Part shown: positions 27,994 to 36,511 of the stretch, piece by piece
How the letters are laid out: each line of letters starts with the position of its first letter
Position numbering within the stretch: the first letter of the stretch is position 1
Assembly: GCA_965205975.1 (NCBI GenBank)
Contig: OZ242195.1
Location: forward strand, 2,784,001 to 2,848,000
DNA length: 64,000 nt
Source: Candidatus Latescibacterota bacterium
GTDB lineage: Bacteria > Latescibacterota > UBA2968
Reading direction: 5' to 3'
The notes under the pieces: model-generated
Told to the model about the DNA's origin: nothing
Databases searched by the model: none
What the model saw: only the letters and a program-made list of their open reading frames with translations
Translations under genes and position numbers: made by a program

Positions 27994-28926
27994 TTAGAAT
28001 TTTCTACTCGCCCATTTGTTATACGAAAACAGCGAGTTTCTAAAAAACATATTGACGATTGTCATATAACAGGCATTCTGTTTTCTATTTAGGGCGTCTG
28101 GTAGGAGCGTAGAATTTCGATCTACTAACTCCTGGATGTGCTCAGGCGTCACGCCATAGATATTGCGAAGGGTATTGAACAGACCAATCAAATCTGTTTC
28201 ACAGCAGTTATTCGCTTTAGCCAGTGCTCTCAAATACACATCACCGATATGCGATAATGCCTTTGCTATTCGGGAGCGGGTTTCACTGACAGACTGAACA
28301 TCCGAAAGTCTGGAGGGCGCATCCCAACATGGTGTCACGGACCTGATCTTACGCAACACCGCCAGATGGTGATCTTCGCGGATCATTTCCACTTTAAAAC
28401 TACCGGAATAGACGGACAGCCAGTTCTCGACTATTTGCTTCTCATAAGACCTTCTGAAATCATCCAGAATGACCAGACCACCAATCTTGATCTGATCATA
28501 AACCTGGTAGAGACATGCCTCCCGACCTCGCAAGGTATAGACAGGCGGACCATCAATAATCACGCAATCCATCTCTTCCTCCCAAAACACCCCATCTTCA
28601 TAAGTCAAAAATTCCGCATCTCCATAAGATTCAAGTGTAACCGGACGATATTTGATCGATAGATTGCGCTTATCCCAGAATGATCTCATCAGACTCGTGG
28701 TCTCTGCAAAATTCCGCCAATCGCCTTCTATAGACAGAACCTCGGCTTCCGAAAACGCCATTGCCAGACGGATAGAACTCGGACCACTTCCAAATTCGAG
28801 AATTCTTTCTACTGGAGACATCTGACGAAGTAAAGTTTCTATTTTCTCAAACGCTGTCTCACCAATGCTCCAACCTGTGTTCAGATTAAGCTGTTCCGAC
28901 ATTTTGAGGTCTGAAATTTTATGCAT
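27994..28926 (-). CDS. Class I SAM-dependent methyltransferase
   Basis: ILEFGSGPSS, VIIDGPP, GGLVILDD. Confidence 0.82.
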   Translation of the reverse strand: MHKISDLKMSEQLNLNTGWSIGETAFEKIETLLRQMSPVERILEFGSGPSSIRLAMAFSEAEVLSIEGDWRNFAETTSLMRSFWDKRNLSIKYRPVTLESYGDAEFLTYEDGVFWEEEMDCVIIDGPPVYTLRGREACLYQVYDQIKIGGLVILDDFRRSYEKQIVENWLSVYSGSFKVEMIREDHHLAVLRKIRSVTPCWDAPSRLSDVQSVSETRSRIAKALSHIGDVYLRALAKANNCCETDLIGLFNTLRNIYGVTPEHIQELVDRNSTLLPDALNRKQNACYMTIVNMFFRNSLFSYNKWASRKF

Positions 28927-28942
28927 TATTCACTTCTTTCTT

Positions 28943-29176
28943 CTAATAGCCATCATGTGCAAATACATACACATACCAGGAAGCCTGTTCTGGCCCTACC
29001 CCATTAGGGGGAGCATCACAATCCCAAATTTCAGCGAGTCGCGTCTTTTCCTGCTGGGCTTCCCGCTTAGAATTATAATGTCCCACAATCCTCCAATTTC
29101 TGAAGGAGCGATACCTGGATCGCCAATATCGCTTTCGCTCGTCAGGGTTCATAGTAATTCCAACTCGACAGGCCAT
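28943..29176 (-). CDS. Small basic hypothetical protein, GIY-YIG-like
   Basis: MACRVGITMNPDERK...SKREAQQEK...WYVY; GGGGAG RBS. Confidence 0.55.
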   Translation of the reverse strand: MACRVGITMNPDERKRYWRSRYRSFRNWRIVGHYNSKREAQQEKTRLAEIWDCDAPPNGVGPEQASWYVYVFAHDGY

Positions 29177-29350
29177 ATTCACTCCCCATGGTTTATGAGG
29201 TCACTTCCAAATCATAACGTCGCTGTAACAAAGACGCTTCTGCTTCTATAATTTCCATTCAAAGCCCAAAGCCTCGGTTCTTCTCGAACAGATTTAGTGG
29301 ATGATTCGCTTAAGAACAGGAGGCCTTGGGCTTTCAAAAGTTTGCGATTC

Positions 29351-30781
29351 CTATGATGCCACTTCCAGATCATATCGCCGCTGCAACAAAGACGCATCCG
29401 TCTCTGCAATCTCCATACATATCTCCATCGCCAGTTCATAGCGATAGCGCGTCTGTTCACAAGCAACAGGATTGGGATACATCGGATCACCCGTCGTCGT
29501 CCGCGCCTCCCAAAGACACCCGCCACCACACAAATTGCGCGCCCAGCACGTCTTGCACTCAGGCCGATTATTGACATTGAACTGCGCGTCAAAATGCTGC
29601 TGTTTTTCGCGATCAATACCCGCGAACACATCACCCATCTTAAACTCGGGCGCATCGGCCAAACTCGAACAAAAATAAATCGACCCATCCGCTGCAATCG
29701 CCAAATACTGCTTACCTCCCAGACACCCGTGACAGGATTTTTGGCGCGTCAAAAGTTTTTGAATCCTCGGATCAAACTCTTCACACTCTTCACCATTTAG
29801 AATAGCTTTGAGCGCACGTCGGCTCCGCCTGTAAATTTGCTGCTTCAAAACAGGTATGTGTTCTTCCCCAATAGCATAAGGCGCATCCGGTGAAACAACA
29901 GCCGAGCTAACAAGTGCGTTTTCAGTACCCAGAGAACGCAACGCATCGGCAATCTGATCCTCATCCATATCATACGCTGTCATAACAGCCTGCAGGTACA
30001 CGCGCTCAGGCACCTCATCAGTCAGTTTCTCCACATTCTTTGCCACAACATCATAAGTGCCAGAACCATTGTGAAACTTGCGAATGCGATCCTGTGTCTT
30101 ACGCCCCCCATCCAGGCTGACCTTAATCTGAAACTTTTCATCAACCAAAAACTGCTTCATCTCTTCGGTCAACAGCGTGCCATTGGTCACAATGCCAAAA
30201 CCAACCTGCACACCCAACCGCGCGCCCAGGGATTTGGCAAACGGGACAAGCTCCTGCATCAATGGAAAATTCAGGAGTGGCTCCCCGCCAAAAAAATCAA
30301 TCTGGCACCGTCCGAACACCTGGGCCTCAGTAACAATCCAGCGTATCGCCTGCTCTGCAACGTCTGGTTGCATCAGCATCGCCTTACCGCCGTAATCTCC
30401 ACCGTGGGCAAAGCAATAAGCACATTGGATATTGCACGAATGCGAAACGTGCAACGACACCTGCAAACGATCTGTCTGCGAAACCCCACAGGCAGCCACC
30501 CCTTCTGTTGTCGGCACATGGGATACCACAGGTAGTGCACCATCCGAAATCAAACCCACCTGAGCCAATTCCTCAATAGCCTCGACAATCTCCTCTGCCT
30601 CGTATTGATCGGCTAACTTCTGAACAACTTGTGAAGCCGACAACCCCTCACAACACTCTAAAACCGACAGGAAAAGAGTATCCAATTGAAAAAACAGACC
30701 CGTCTCTACCTGATAGACAATTGGCTGTTTTTGTTCTTCAGTTTGAAAAAGATGCATGTCGCATTTCTGAATGGATAGCAT
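29351..30781 (-). CDS. Radical SAM/SPASM peptide maturase with N-terminal RRE (CteB/PapB-like architecture)
   Basis: CNIQCAYC, FFGGEPLLN, SLDG; SPASM GC...YFC...CKTCWARNLCGGGC-x18-C; PqqD-like N-terminus. Confidence 0.92.
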   Translation of the reverse strand: MLSIQKCDMHLFQTEEQKQPIVYQVETGLFFQLDTLFLSVLECCEGLSASQVVQKLADQYEAEEIVEAIEELAQVGLISDGALPVVSHVPTTEGVAACGVSQTDRLQVSLHVSHSCNIQCAYCFAHGGDYGGKAMLMQPDVAEQAIRWIVTEAQVFGRCQIDFFGGEPLLNFPLMQELVPFAKSLGARLGVQVGFGIVTNGTLLTEEMKQFLVDEKFQIKVSLDGGRKTQDRIRKFHNGSGTYDVVAKNVEKLTDEVPERVYLQAVMTAYDMDEDQIADALRSLGTENALVSSAVVSPDAPYAIGEEHIPVLKQQIYRRSRRALKAILNGEECEEFDPRIQKLLTRQKSCHGCLGGKQYLAIAADGSIYFCSSLADAPEFKMGDVFAGIDREKQQHFDAQFNVNNRPECKTCWARNLCGGGCLWEARTTTGDPMYPNPVACEQTRYRYELAMEICMEIAETDASLLQRRYDLEVAS

Positions 30782-30807
30782 ACGAGGTACTCCTCAGAAC
30801 AAAGATG

Positions 30808-30987
30808 TCACTCGGCGTGATCAAAATCGTCCCAATCGTCATCGTCATTGGGAAAGGGCAAGGGAGGAACAGCAATAGGAGTCGGAGAACAGCCATATTC
30901 AAAACTATCCGTCGTCTCATATGTGTGAATACCTCCCTCTTTATCCATTGTTCCATTAATCAAGGTCAACTTGTGCCGAGTCGTCAT
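30808..30987 (-). CDS. RiPP precursor P1 (ranthipeptide-type leader, single Cys, Pro/Asp-rich core)
   Basis: AAGGAGG RBS; MTTRHKLTLING...EYGCSPTPIAVPPLPFPNDDDDWDDFDHAE; immediately upstream of the rSAM gene. Confidence 0.78.
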   Translation of the reverse strand: MTTRHKLTLINGTMDKEGGIHTYETTDSFEYGCSPTPIAVPPLPFPNDDDDWDDFDHAE

Positions 30988-31045
30988 ATTATCCTCCTTC
31001 AATACAAAAATCTAAATGTCGTCACTGTCTTCGCTCCGTTTATAT

Positions 31046-31062
31046 TGCAAGATGCGTGCCAA
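31046..31062 (-). promoter_or_regulatory. Sigma54 promoter heading the RiPP operon
   Basis: Minus strand reads TTGGCACGCATCTTGCA, ~60 bp upstream of P1. Confidence 0.88.
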
Positions 31063-31077
31063 AAATCGTTTTAGCAC

Positions 31078-31109
31078 AAAAAAAAGCACTTGACGACACT
31101 CAAGTGCTT
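31078..31109 (-). terminator. Intrinsic terminator after the activator gene
   Basis: AAGCACTTGA-6 nt-TCAAGTGCTT followed by a T-run on the minus strand. Confidence 0.65.
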
Positions 31110-31170
31110 GAAAAACAAAGAGATAAAATTTAAAAATTATTTGTATTGTAAATGCGGCATCCAGATATAT

Positions 31171-31269
31171 GTGCATCTAATAGATACACATATAACCGTT
31201 CATTTAGATAAAATATGCATAACTAATTGATTAATATAAAAATAAATTAAAGTGCATCCAAATGATACA
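31171..31269. promoter_or_regulatory. Putative activator binding sites (UAS)
   Basis: GTGCATCTAATAGATACA (31171) and GTGCATCCAAATGATACA (31252) in an AT-rich spacer. Confidence 0.6.
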
Positions 31270-31299
31270 TTTTTGCAAAATGATACACCTGTTCAACAT

Positions 31300-34200
31300 C
31301 TATCTCAACCCCAAACGATTCATCTTTCTATACAAGCTGGCGCGCACCAACCCCAGTTCTTCGGCCGTACGCTTAATATTACCCTCGTATTTTTCGAGCG
31401 CATCCATAATCAACCGTTTCTCATACTCCTGCATACGATCTTGTAAACGCCCTCCTACTTGCGTGTGGGCATCCGTCCGTGCAGGCAAGTGATATTCGAC
31501 AGAGACGCCCGACACCGCGTGCCCGATAGATTCTGAAAACAAATCGGGCGTAATATCACCTTCTTCTTCTGCCAATGCAACCGCACGCCGAATCTCATTC
31601 TCCAACTCGCGCACATTGCCCGGCCATTTGTAACTTGTAAGTGCCCTGATTGCACCTACTGTCAGCCCTCCAATCGGCTTGTTTACATTTTCTTTTATCC
31701 GGATAAGTAGATGTTCGGCCAGTAACGGCACATCTTCCATGCGTTCTCGCAAAGGCGGCATATCAATCTGAATCACATGCAACCGGTAATACAAATCCTC
31801 GCGGAAAGAACCTTCTTCAACTTCTTTTTTTAAGTCTCGATTGGTCGCTGCAATAATGCGTACATCCACTGCCCGATCCTCTGTTTCCCCCACCCGCCGG
31901 ATCTCGCCTTCTTGCAACACCCGCAACAAACTCCTTTGCAACTGTGGCGGGGCATCGCCGATTTCATCGAGAAAAACCGTACCCCTATTGGCTTCCTCAA
32001 AAACCCCTTTATGATCTTCAGTCGCTCCAGTAAACGCCCCTTTTTTATGCCCAAACAACTCGCTCTGCAACAACTCTGGTGATAGTGCGGCACAATTTTG
32101 TGACAAAAACCGCTGGTCTTTGCGTGTACTATTGTAGTGTATAGCACCCGCTGCCAATTCTTTGCCCGTACCTGTTTCGCCCTGCACAAGCACGGGAATA
32201 TCGCTCTTTGCAGCACTTTCTATAAGATAGTAGATCGCCTGCATCGCATCACTTTGCCCAAACAGATCGCCAAGCTGGTGCCGTCTTTCGACCTGTTGCT
32301 GCAAATATTGTGCTCTCTCTTCCAATTGTTCGTACATCCTCGCATTGACCAGTGCTACACCCACCAGATTCGCAAATACCTGCAAAAACGTCTGATCTTC
32401 TTCAGAAAATACGTTGCCCAAGCCGCGATGATCTACATATAGCGCACCGATAACACCTTCTTTAACATGAAATAAGGGCACGCACAATACAGACCGAATA
32501 TTGTAGTCTATCACACTCTGATATTGATTGAGCCTATCGTCTGTCTGTGCATCAATGCTCAAAACGAGTTCATTTGTCTCAATAACGCGGTAAATAATAC
32601 CCCTACTCAGCACGTCTGCATCATCTACTTCTACATTGTGGTAGCGCACAGCATCGACCTCAAAGCCTTTTTGGGTCTCATTTTTAATCGCAACAATCAC
32701 CCGCTCTGCTGGATAGACAGTTAACAAATTGCCCAGAGTCCGGTCCAATAGCACTTTGACATCGCGCTCGGTTGTCAATTCGTGGCTCACATCGTAAAGC
32801 AAGCGCAAACGATCAACAGACAGCGTATCGACTGAAATCTCAGAACTGGATACGGATCCACGAGAGGATTCATCCAATTGATCTAATAACACCTGTGTTT
32901 TCTCCAGAAAATAGGACATTTGCATTTCTTCAAACGCCTGTTTTGCCGCTTTGAGATGTGCTTGTGCTTTTGGTATATCATCGCGCTCAAGATAAAACTC
33001 CCCAGCCATCAGCAATGCACGCGCCCAGTGATCGCCTTTGGATTCTATTCGGCATTCAATCGCCTGCTCAAAAGCCTCTTCAGCCTCAACAATTCGCCCT
33101 ACTTTAGACAAAGCAACACCAATACCACAATACACCAGAGGCAATATGCCCGTGAACATACCCGATGTTTGTTGCGTACCTTCGCTGGCTCTTTCTGCCC
33201 ATTCAAGAGCTACTTCTGTATCGCCCATTCTTGCAGCAGCCGTTGCCGCTATTGCATAAGCGCGATAGACATAATCTCTTCGTGGTGTGTCCAAATAACG
33301 TTGTGATGAAATCTCTGCATATTCCAATGCCTCGGCAAAATCCCTGCGTTCCAGTGCCAATTCACTAAGCCATAGGAAATTGGCTGCTTCCAAGTATATA
33401 ACCCCTCGCTTCTGCCACTCTCCAATTGCTTCATTGCAAACCGCTTCCGCAAGATCGCATTCACCCAAATAAAAATAAACTCTTGCGAGTAAATTGAGTG
33501 TCCCTATGCGATGGTGTTCAAATCCAACTTGTTGAGATGTCCTTAAGACTTCTTCCAAATGTACTCTCGCTATCTCAAATCGAAATTCGATTAAGGCGAG
33601 TTGTCCTTCAGACTTTTGAACGTCAGTCTGATTATGCGCGTCAGCATTACGCTTCTGTTGTTTTTTGATATATTGACGGACATAATCAGCAGCATCCTTG
33701 TGCCTTTCTGACACATCGCACAAGTAAGACAAGCTACTTAATGCCTGAATTTCGCCGTCGAAATCACCCAATTCACGGTAAAGCCGCAATGCCTCCAACA
33801 TATATTCTTCTGCTATTTTTCCATGTTGAAGTACGCTGTGAATACTACCTGTATAATTCAAAATACGCGCTTTCAAATCTTTCCGATCAGCGGGCAATAA
33901 TGCCTTTGCTTCCTCTAAAAGTTTCAGTGCTTTATCGTGCTGGCTGCAATTGCGCAACACATCTGTATAATCGCACAAAAAGTCAATAGCATCTGCTGGT
34001 GATTCAAAAGCGTCATCTGCTGTCCAGTCTCGCACAGCCTCAAATCGTCTCAATGCCCGCCGATACGCTTGTCCCTCCAATGCTTTTTTGCCTGCCAAGC
34101 GTGCATATTTAACAGCTTTATCTTGTTCTCCTGCCACGGCAAAATGATCCGCCAATTCTTCTGTCAATTCTTCTGCATCTTCCAACTCTTCCAGGGCATT

Positions 34201-36117
34201 GCCAATTTCTCGATGCAACAAACGCCGCCGCACATCTTGCAGGCGGTCATAAATTGCCCGCCGATACAAACCCTGTGAAAAACGATATTGATCTTCACCC
34301 TCCTCACAAGGAACCAAAAACCCTTCTGCAATCAAGTCGTCCAGCACATCCAGCAGTTCTAACTCATCACCGCGCCAAACCTCAGCCAATAATTCAAAAG
34401 AAAAATCACTCAGAAAAACACAGGCGTATTCCAGTACCCGCTGTTGTACAGCAGACAGAGTAGCCACGCGCTTGTACAAAACCTCTGAAAAATCATCGAA
34501 TAATAATCTTTCGGGAATTTCTCCCCACTGCCAATCGCCAGACACATTCTGCCGAACCACATCGGTATTCACCAGCGTCCTCACAGCCTCCACGACAAAC
34601 AGGGGCTGCCCATCCGTTTCTCTGAACAAAGTTTGTAATGCATCCGGCGGTATGGATCGCTCCCCCAACATCGACGCCGCTAAATACCCTACCTCTTCTT
34701 GTGATAGATTATTCAACTGAATATGAGTCGTCTCAGCAAATTCATTGCTGTGTATAAATTTTTCAACTTCCTCTGAAAGCGGTTCCAGATTAGACCATCG
34801 GCAAGTCAGACATAACAAAAACGGGCACGGTTCTGGATCGCGCAACACATACTGCAAAAATTCCAGAGTCAATTCATCAAGCCATTGAATATCTTCCAGA
34901 CACAACACAATGGGCTGCTTCTGCCGCAGACGTTTAAGCACCTGCAACCAGTGCTCCATAACAGAAAACTTATCCGTCTCCCCCATCAAATCCGCCGTCT
35001 CTTGAAAAGCATCAATCAACGCAGCGTATATTTGTCCGCCCTCTTCCCGCCCTGCGCCCTTCAAACATAGAAAATCGTGGATCAGAGCGTCGGCCAGCAA
35101 TTCTTCGGCCAGTCTCGATTTGCCTACTCCCGCCTCACCCGAGATCAGAACCACACGCTGCTTGCCAGCCTGTACATCCTGCAACATCGCACTCAGTATC
35201 TTCATTTCAGATTCCCGCCCGACAAATTGCGGGCGCACAACTTTTCTATGCACATCGCGAAGCTCATCACTCGGCAGCACAAACTCCGATGGTAAGGCAC
35301 CAACCAGTTCCTCTGCCGACTGATAACGATCAACACGTTCCTTTGCCAGCAACCTCAGCACAATTTGTTGCGTCTCTTCGGGAACAGCGATATGGACTTC
35401 GCCCATCGGAGGCGGTGACTCTCGAATATGCTTCATAATAACAGATATTGGGTTTTGTCCAGAAAAGGGTGGTGCGCCCATGAGCATCTCGTATAAAATT
35501 ATGCCCAATGAGTACAAATCTGATCGATGATCCACCCAGAGACCCTTACCCTGCTCTGGCGACATATATTCTACCGTACCCATCGTCGCGCCCGTCTGCG
35601 TCATGGAGACTCTATGCAGATGTTTGATTTTCGCCAGCCCCAGATCCAAAATCGTGGTCTCAATCCCCTCTTTTGTCTCCAAAACCATAATATTGGATGG
35701 CTTGAGATCGCGATGCACTGCGTCCTGAGCGTGGATATATGCCAATCCCTCGGCAATTTGTTGTATCAAGTCAAAAAAGTGAGAAGTCCGAAATTGTCCT
35801 AACATTGCACGATCGGCAATTATCTTTTCCAAAGTCTTTCCAGGCAAATATTCCATTGTAAAATACGGACGTTCTTCGGCAAAGCCCCAGACATACGTGC
35901 GTACCAGACGCGGATGCTGAAGTCTGCTCAACACCTGAAATTCTCTGTGAAAACGGCGACGCACAGCCTGCTCATCCATCATTTCATTCAAAATTTTGAG
36001 TGCGCACTCCTGGCCTTGATTCAGGTCCAACACCCGATAGACTTCGCCCATGCCCCCGGTTCCCAGATGCGCCTGGATTTGGTATTTGTTGTCGAGAATT
36101 GTTCCGTTTTCAAACAT
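31300..36117 (-). CDS. Multidomain regulator: Ser/Thr kinase, STAND-type ATPase, TPR, GAF, sigma54 AAA+ and Fis-type HTH
   Basis: GTGGMGEVY, HRDLKPSN, GTVEYMSPEQ; FVGRESE, GEAGVGKS, LEDIQW; RSVLCVPL; GETGTGKE, GAFTGA, FLDEI, WPGNVREL; TAEELGLVRASLYRKM. Confidence 0.93.
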   Translation of the reverse strand: MFENGTILDNKYQIQAHLGTGGMGEVYRVLDLNQGQECALKILNEMMDEQAVRRRFHREFQVLSRLQHPRLVRTYVWGFAEERPYFTMEYLPGKTLEKIIADRAMLGQFRTSHFFDLIQQIAEGLAYIHAQDAVHRDLKPSNIMVLETKEGIETTILDLGLAKIKHLHRVSMTQTGATMGTVEYMSPEQGKGLWVDHRSDLYSLGIILYEMLMGAPPFSGQNPISVIMKHIRESPPPMGEVHIAVPEETQQIVLRLLAKERVDRYQSAEELVGALPSEFVLPSDELRDVHRKVVRPQFVGRESEMKILSAMLQDVQAGKQRVVLISGEAGVGKSRLAEELLADALIHDFLCLKGAGREEGGQIYAALIDAFQETADLMGETDKFSVMEHWLQVLKRLRQKQPIVLCLEDIQWLDELTLEFLQYVLRDPEPCPFLLCLTCRWSNLEPLSEEVEKFIHSNEFAETTHIQLNNLSQEEVGYLAASMLGERSIPPDALQTLFRETDGQPLFVVEAVRTLVNTDVVRQNVSGDWQWGEIPERLLFDDFSEVLYKRVATLSAVQQRVLEYACVFLSDFSFELLAEVWRGDELELLDVLDDLIAEGFLVPCEEGEDQYRFSQGLYRRAIYDRLQDVRRRLLHREIGNALEELEDAEELTEELADHFAVAGEQDKAVKYARLAGKKALEGQAYRRALRRFEAVRDWTADDAFESPADAIDFLCDYTDVLRNCSQHDKALKLLEEAKALLPADRKDLKARILNYTGSIHSVLQHGKIAEEYMLEALRLYRELGDFDGEIQALSSLSYLCDVSERHKDAADYVRQYIKKQQKRNADAHNQTDVQKSEGQLALIEFRFEIARVHLEEVLRTSQQVGFEHHRIGTLNLLARVYFYLGECDLAEAVCNEAIGEWQKRGVIYLEAANFLWLSELALERRDFAEALEYAEISSQRYLDTPRRDYVYRAYAIAATAAARMGDTEVALEWAERASEGTQQTSGMFTGILPLVYCGIGVALSKVGRIVEAEEAFEQAIECRIESKGDHWARALLMAGEFYLERDDIPKAQAHLKAAKQAFEEMQMSYFLEKTQVLLDQLDESSRGSVSSSEISVDTLSVDRLRLLYDVSHELTTERDVKVLLDRTLGNLLTVYPAERVIVAIKNETQKGFEVDAVRYHNVEVDDADVLSRGIIYRVIETNELVLSIDAQTDDRLNQYQSVIDYNIRSVLCVPLFHVKEGVIGALYVDHRGLGNVFSEEDQTFLQVFANLVGVALVNARMYEQLEERAQYLQQQVERRHQLGDLFGQSDAMQAIYYLIESAAKSDIPVLVQGETGTGKELAAGAIHYNSTRKDQRFLSQNCAALSPELLQSELFGHKKGAFTGATEDHKGVFEEANRGTVFLDEIGDAPPQLQRSLLRVLQEGEIRRVGETEDRAVDVRIIAATNRDLKKEVEEGSFREDLYYRLHVIQIDMPPLRERMEDVPLLAEHLLIRIKENVNKPIGGLTVGAIRALTSYKWPGNVRELENEIRRAVALAEEEGDITPDLFSESIGHAVSGVSVEYHLPARTDAHTQVGGRLQDRMQEYEKRLIMDALEKYEGNIKRTAEELGLVRASLYRKMNRLGLR

Positions 36118-36231
36118 GATCTCTTCTACTTTCTTTAAGTCAGCAAGACTGAGGCGCAGTTTTTCCTATCGTATTTTTCAGACTCATCAAAAAACGGTGG
36201 AAAAACGTGGCATAAAGTACGTGACTTTCAA

Positions 36232-36487
36232 GATCACTGGGTACGCGTTTTTCTACGCGCGAAGGCATCCAGTTCATGCCGGACGGTTGAACTACTGGCG
36301 TAGTTGTACCCCGCTCGACCGGACAGTTCGGCATAGCGCTGCGTGGTCTGCAAGTTGCGATGACCGAGTAGCCAGCGCACTGTGCCAACACCCACGCCAC
36401 TGTTCACCAGCTCCGTCGCGACCGTGTGCCGAAGTTGGTGGATCTGGCATTTGACCTCTGCCTGATCACACAGCTTTGTCCATTGAT
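36232..36487 (-). pseudogene. Duplicated 3' fragment of the recombinase at 39318-40268
   Basis: Colinear, diverged copy of 39316-39571 (QWTKL...HQLRH...LGHRNLQTTQRY...stop). Confidence 0.85.
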
Positions 36488-36511
36488 AATACGCGCTTCC
36501 ATCCGCATTTC

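Noticed and set aside
12605..28926. Ordinary LPS/capsule locus
   Set aside because: No Wzx/Wzy/Wzm/Wzt or initiating transferase; the GTs are interleaved with precursors and a C39 exporter. Disfavoured, not excluded.
30808..30987. Canonical SCIFF or freyrasin-type precursor
   Set aside because: Only one Cys and no CxxxD/E motifs; only the leader is similar.
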